DNA of 7,946 nt from Octopus sinensis (Eukaryota): the NCBI RefSeq assembly GCF_006345805.1, contig NW_021828682.1:1-7946 (forward strand). Direction: 5' to 3'. This document shows positions 7,482 to 7,946 of this stretch, piece by piece (within the stretch, counting starts at the first letter, position 1; the number at the start of each line of letters is the position of its first letter). A program made the translations under genes and the position numbers. The notes under the pieces are model-generated. The model ran no database searches, was not told the DNA's origin, and saw nothing but the letters and a program-made list of their open reading frames with translations.

Positions 7482-7484
7482 ATG

Positions 7485-7554
<70 letters not shown>

Positions 7555-7670
7555 ATAATATGCATATATATATATACATATATATTTATATATATATATA
7601 TATACATAATATATATATGTGGTATTATATATACTATATATGTTATAAATAAATACATATATGTATAAAT
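7385..7670. repeat. Interrupted (TA)n array
   Basis: Mostly TA dinucleotides with single-base interruptions. Confidence 0.95.
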
Positions 7671-7860
7671 AAGTAACATAGATGTACAGGTGTTAATTCA
7701 TTACGGCCGTTTCAGGCGGCGCTGCATTTAATTGATATATATGGCTGCTGCGTTCTCTGCACACACGACAGGAATACAAGGTACAAATATCTCTACACTA
7801 ATTCTTGATATTCAATATTCGAATAATATTTTTGGAGTGTGCGAACAAGTACATAATTCA

Positions 7861-7929
<69 letters not shown>
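7861..7929. repeat. (TA)n microsatellite
   Basis: Uninterrupted TA run at 7865-7928. Confidence 0.97.
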
Positions 7930-7933
<4 letters not shown>

Positions 7934-7946
7934 CTCTTTTACTCTT

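Noticed and set aside
7385-7620. Apparent higher-order pattern of interruptions in the TA arrays
   Set aside because: The spacing is irregular, and single-base indels in TA runs may be sequencing or consensus errors. There is no periodic unit or CRISPR-like structure.

Overview
AT-rich, microsatellite-dense eukaryotic DNA. The tRNA-derived SINEs match families I recall from octopus, so the source is most likely a coleoid cephalopod (recognition, not a database search). There is no complete gene, and nearly all long ORFs in the supplied track are translations of TA/CA/TACA repeats. The supportable content is: (1) a SINE at 1-207; (2) a CpG-rich unique block at ~1500-2480 with tandem E2F-type sites and a possible short first coding exon on +; (3) a tight TE cluster at 2793-4604 holding a 5'-truncated restriction-like-endonuclease (R4/Dong-like) LINE embedded in (TACA)n, an 870-bp fold-back mariner built from two 5' ends, an orphan SINE tail and a CORE-type SINE; (4) a probable terminal coding exon on - (5470-5317) of an unidentified gene, carrying a CxxCH motif; (5) large compound microsatellite fields. 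The most unusual structure is the double-5'-end mariner, with readable repair scars and long-dsRNA potential.
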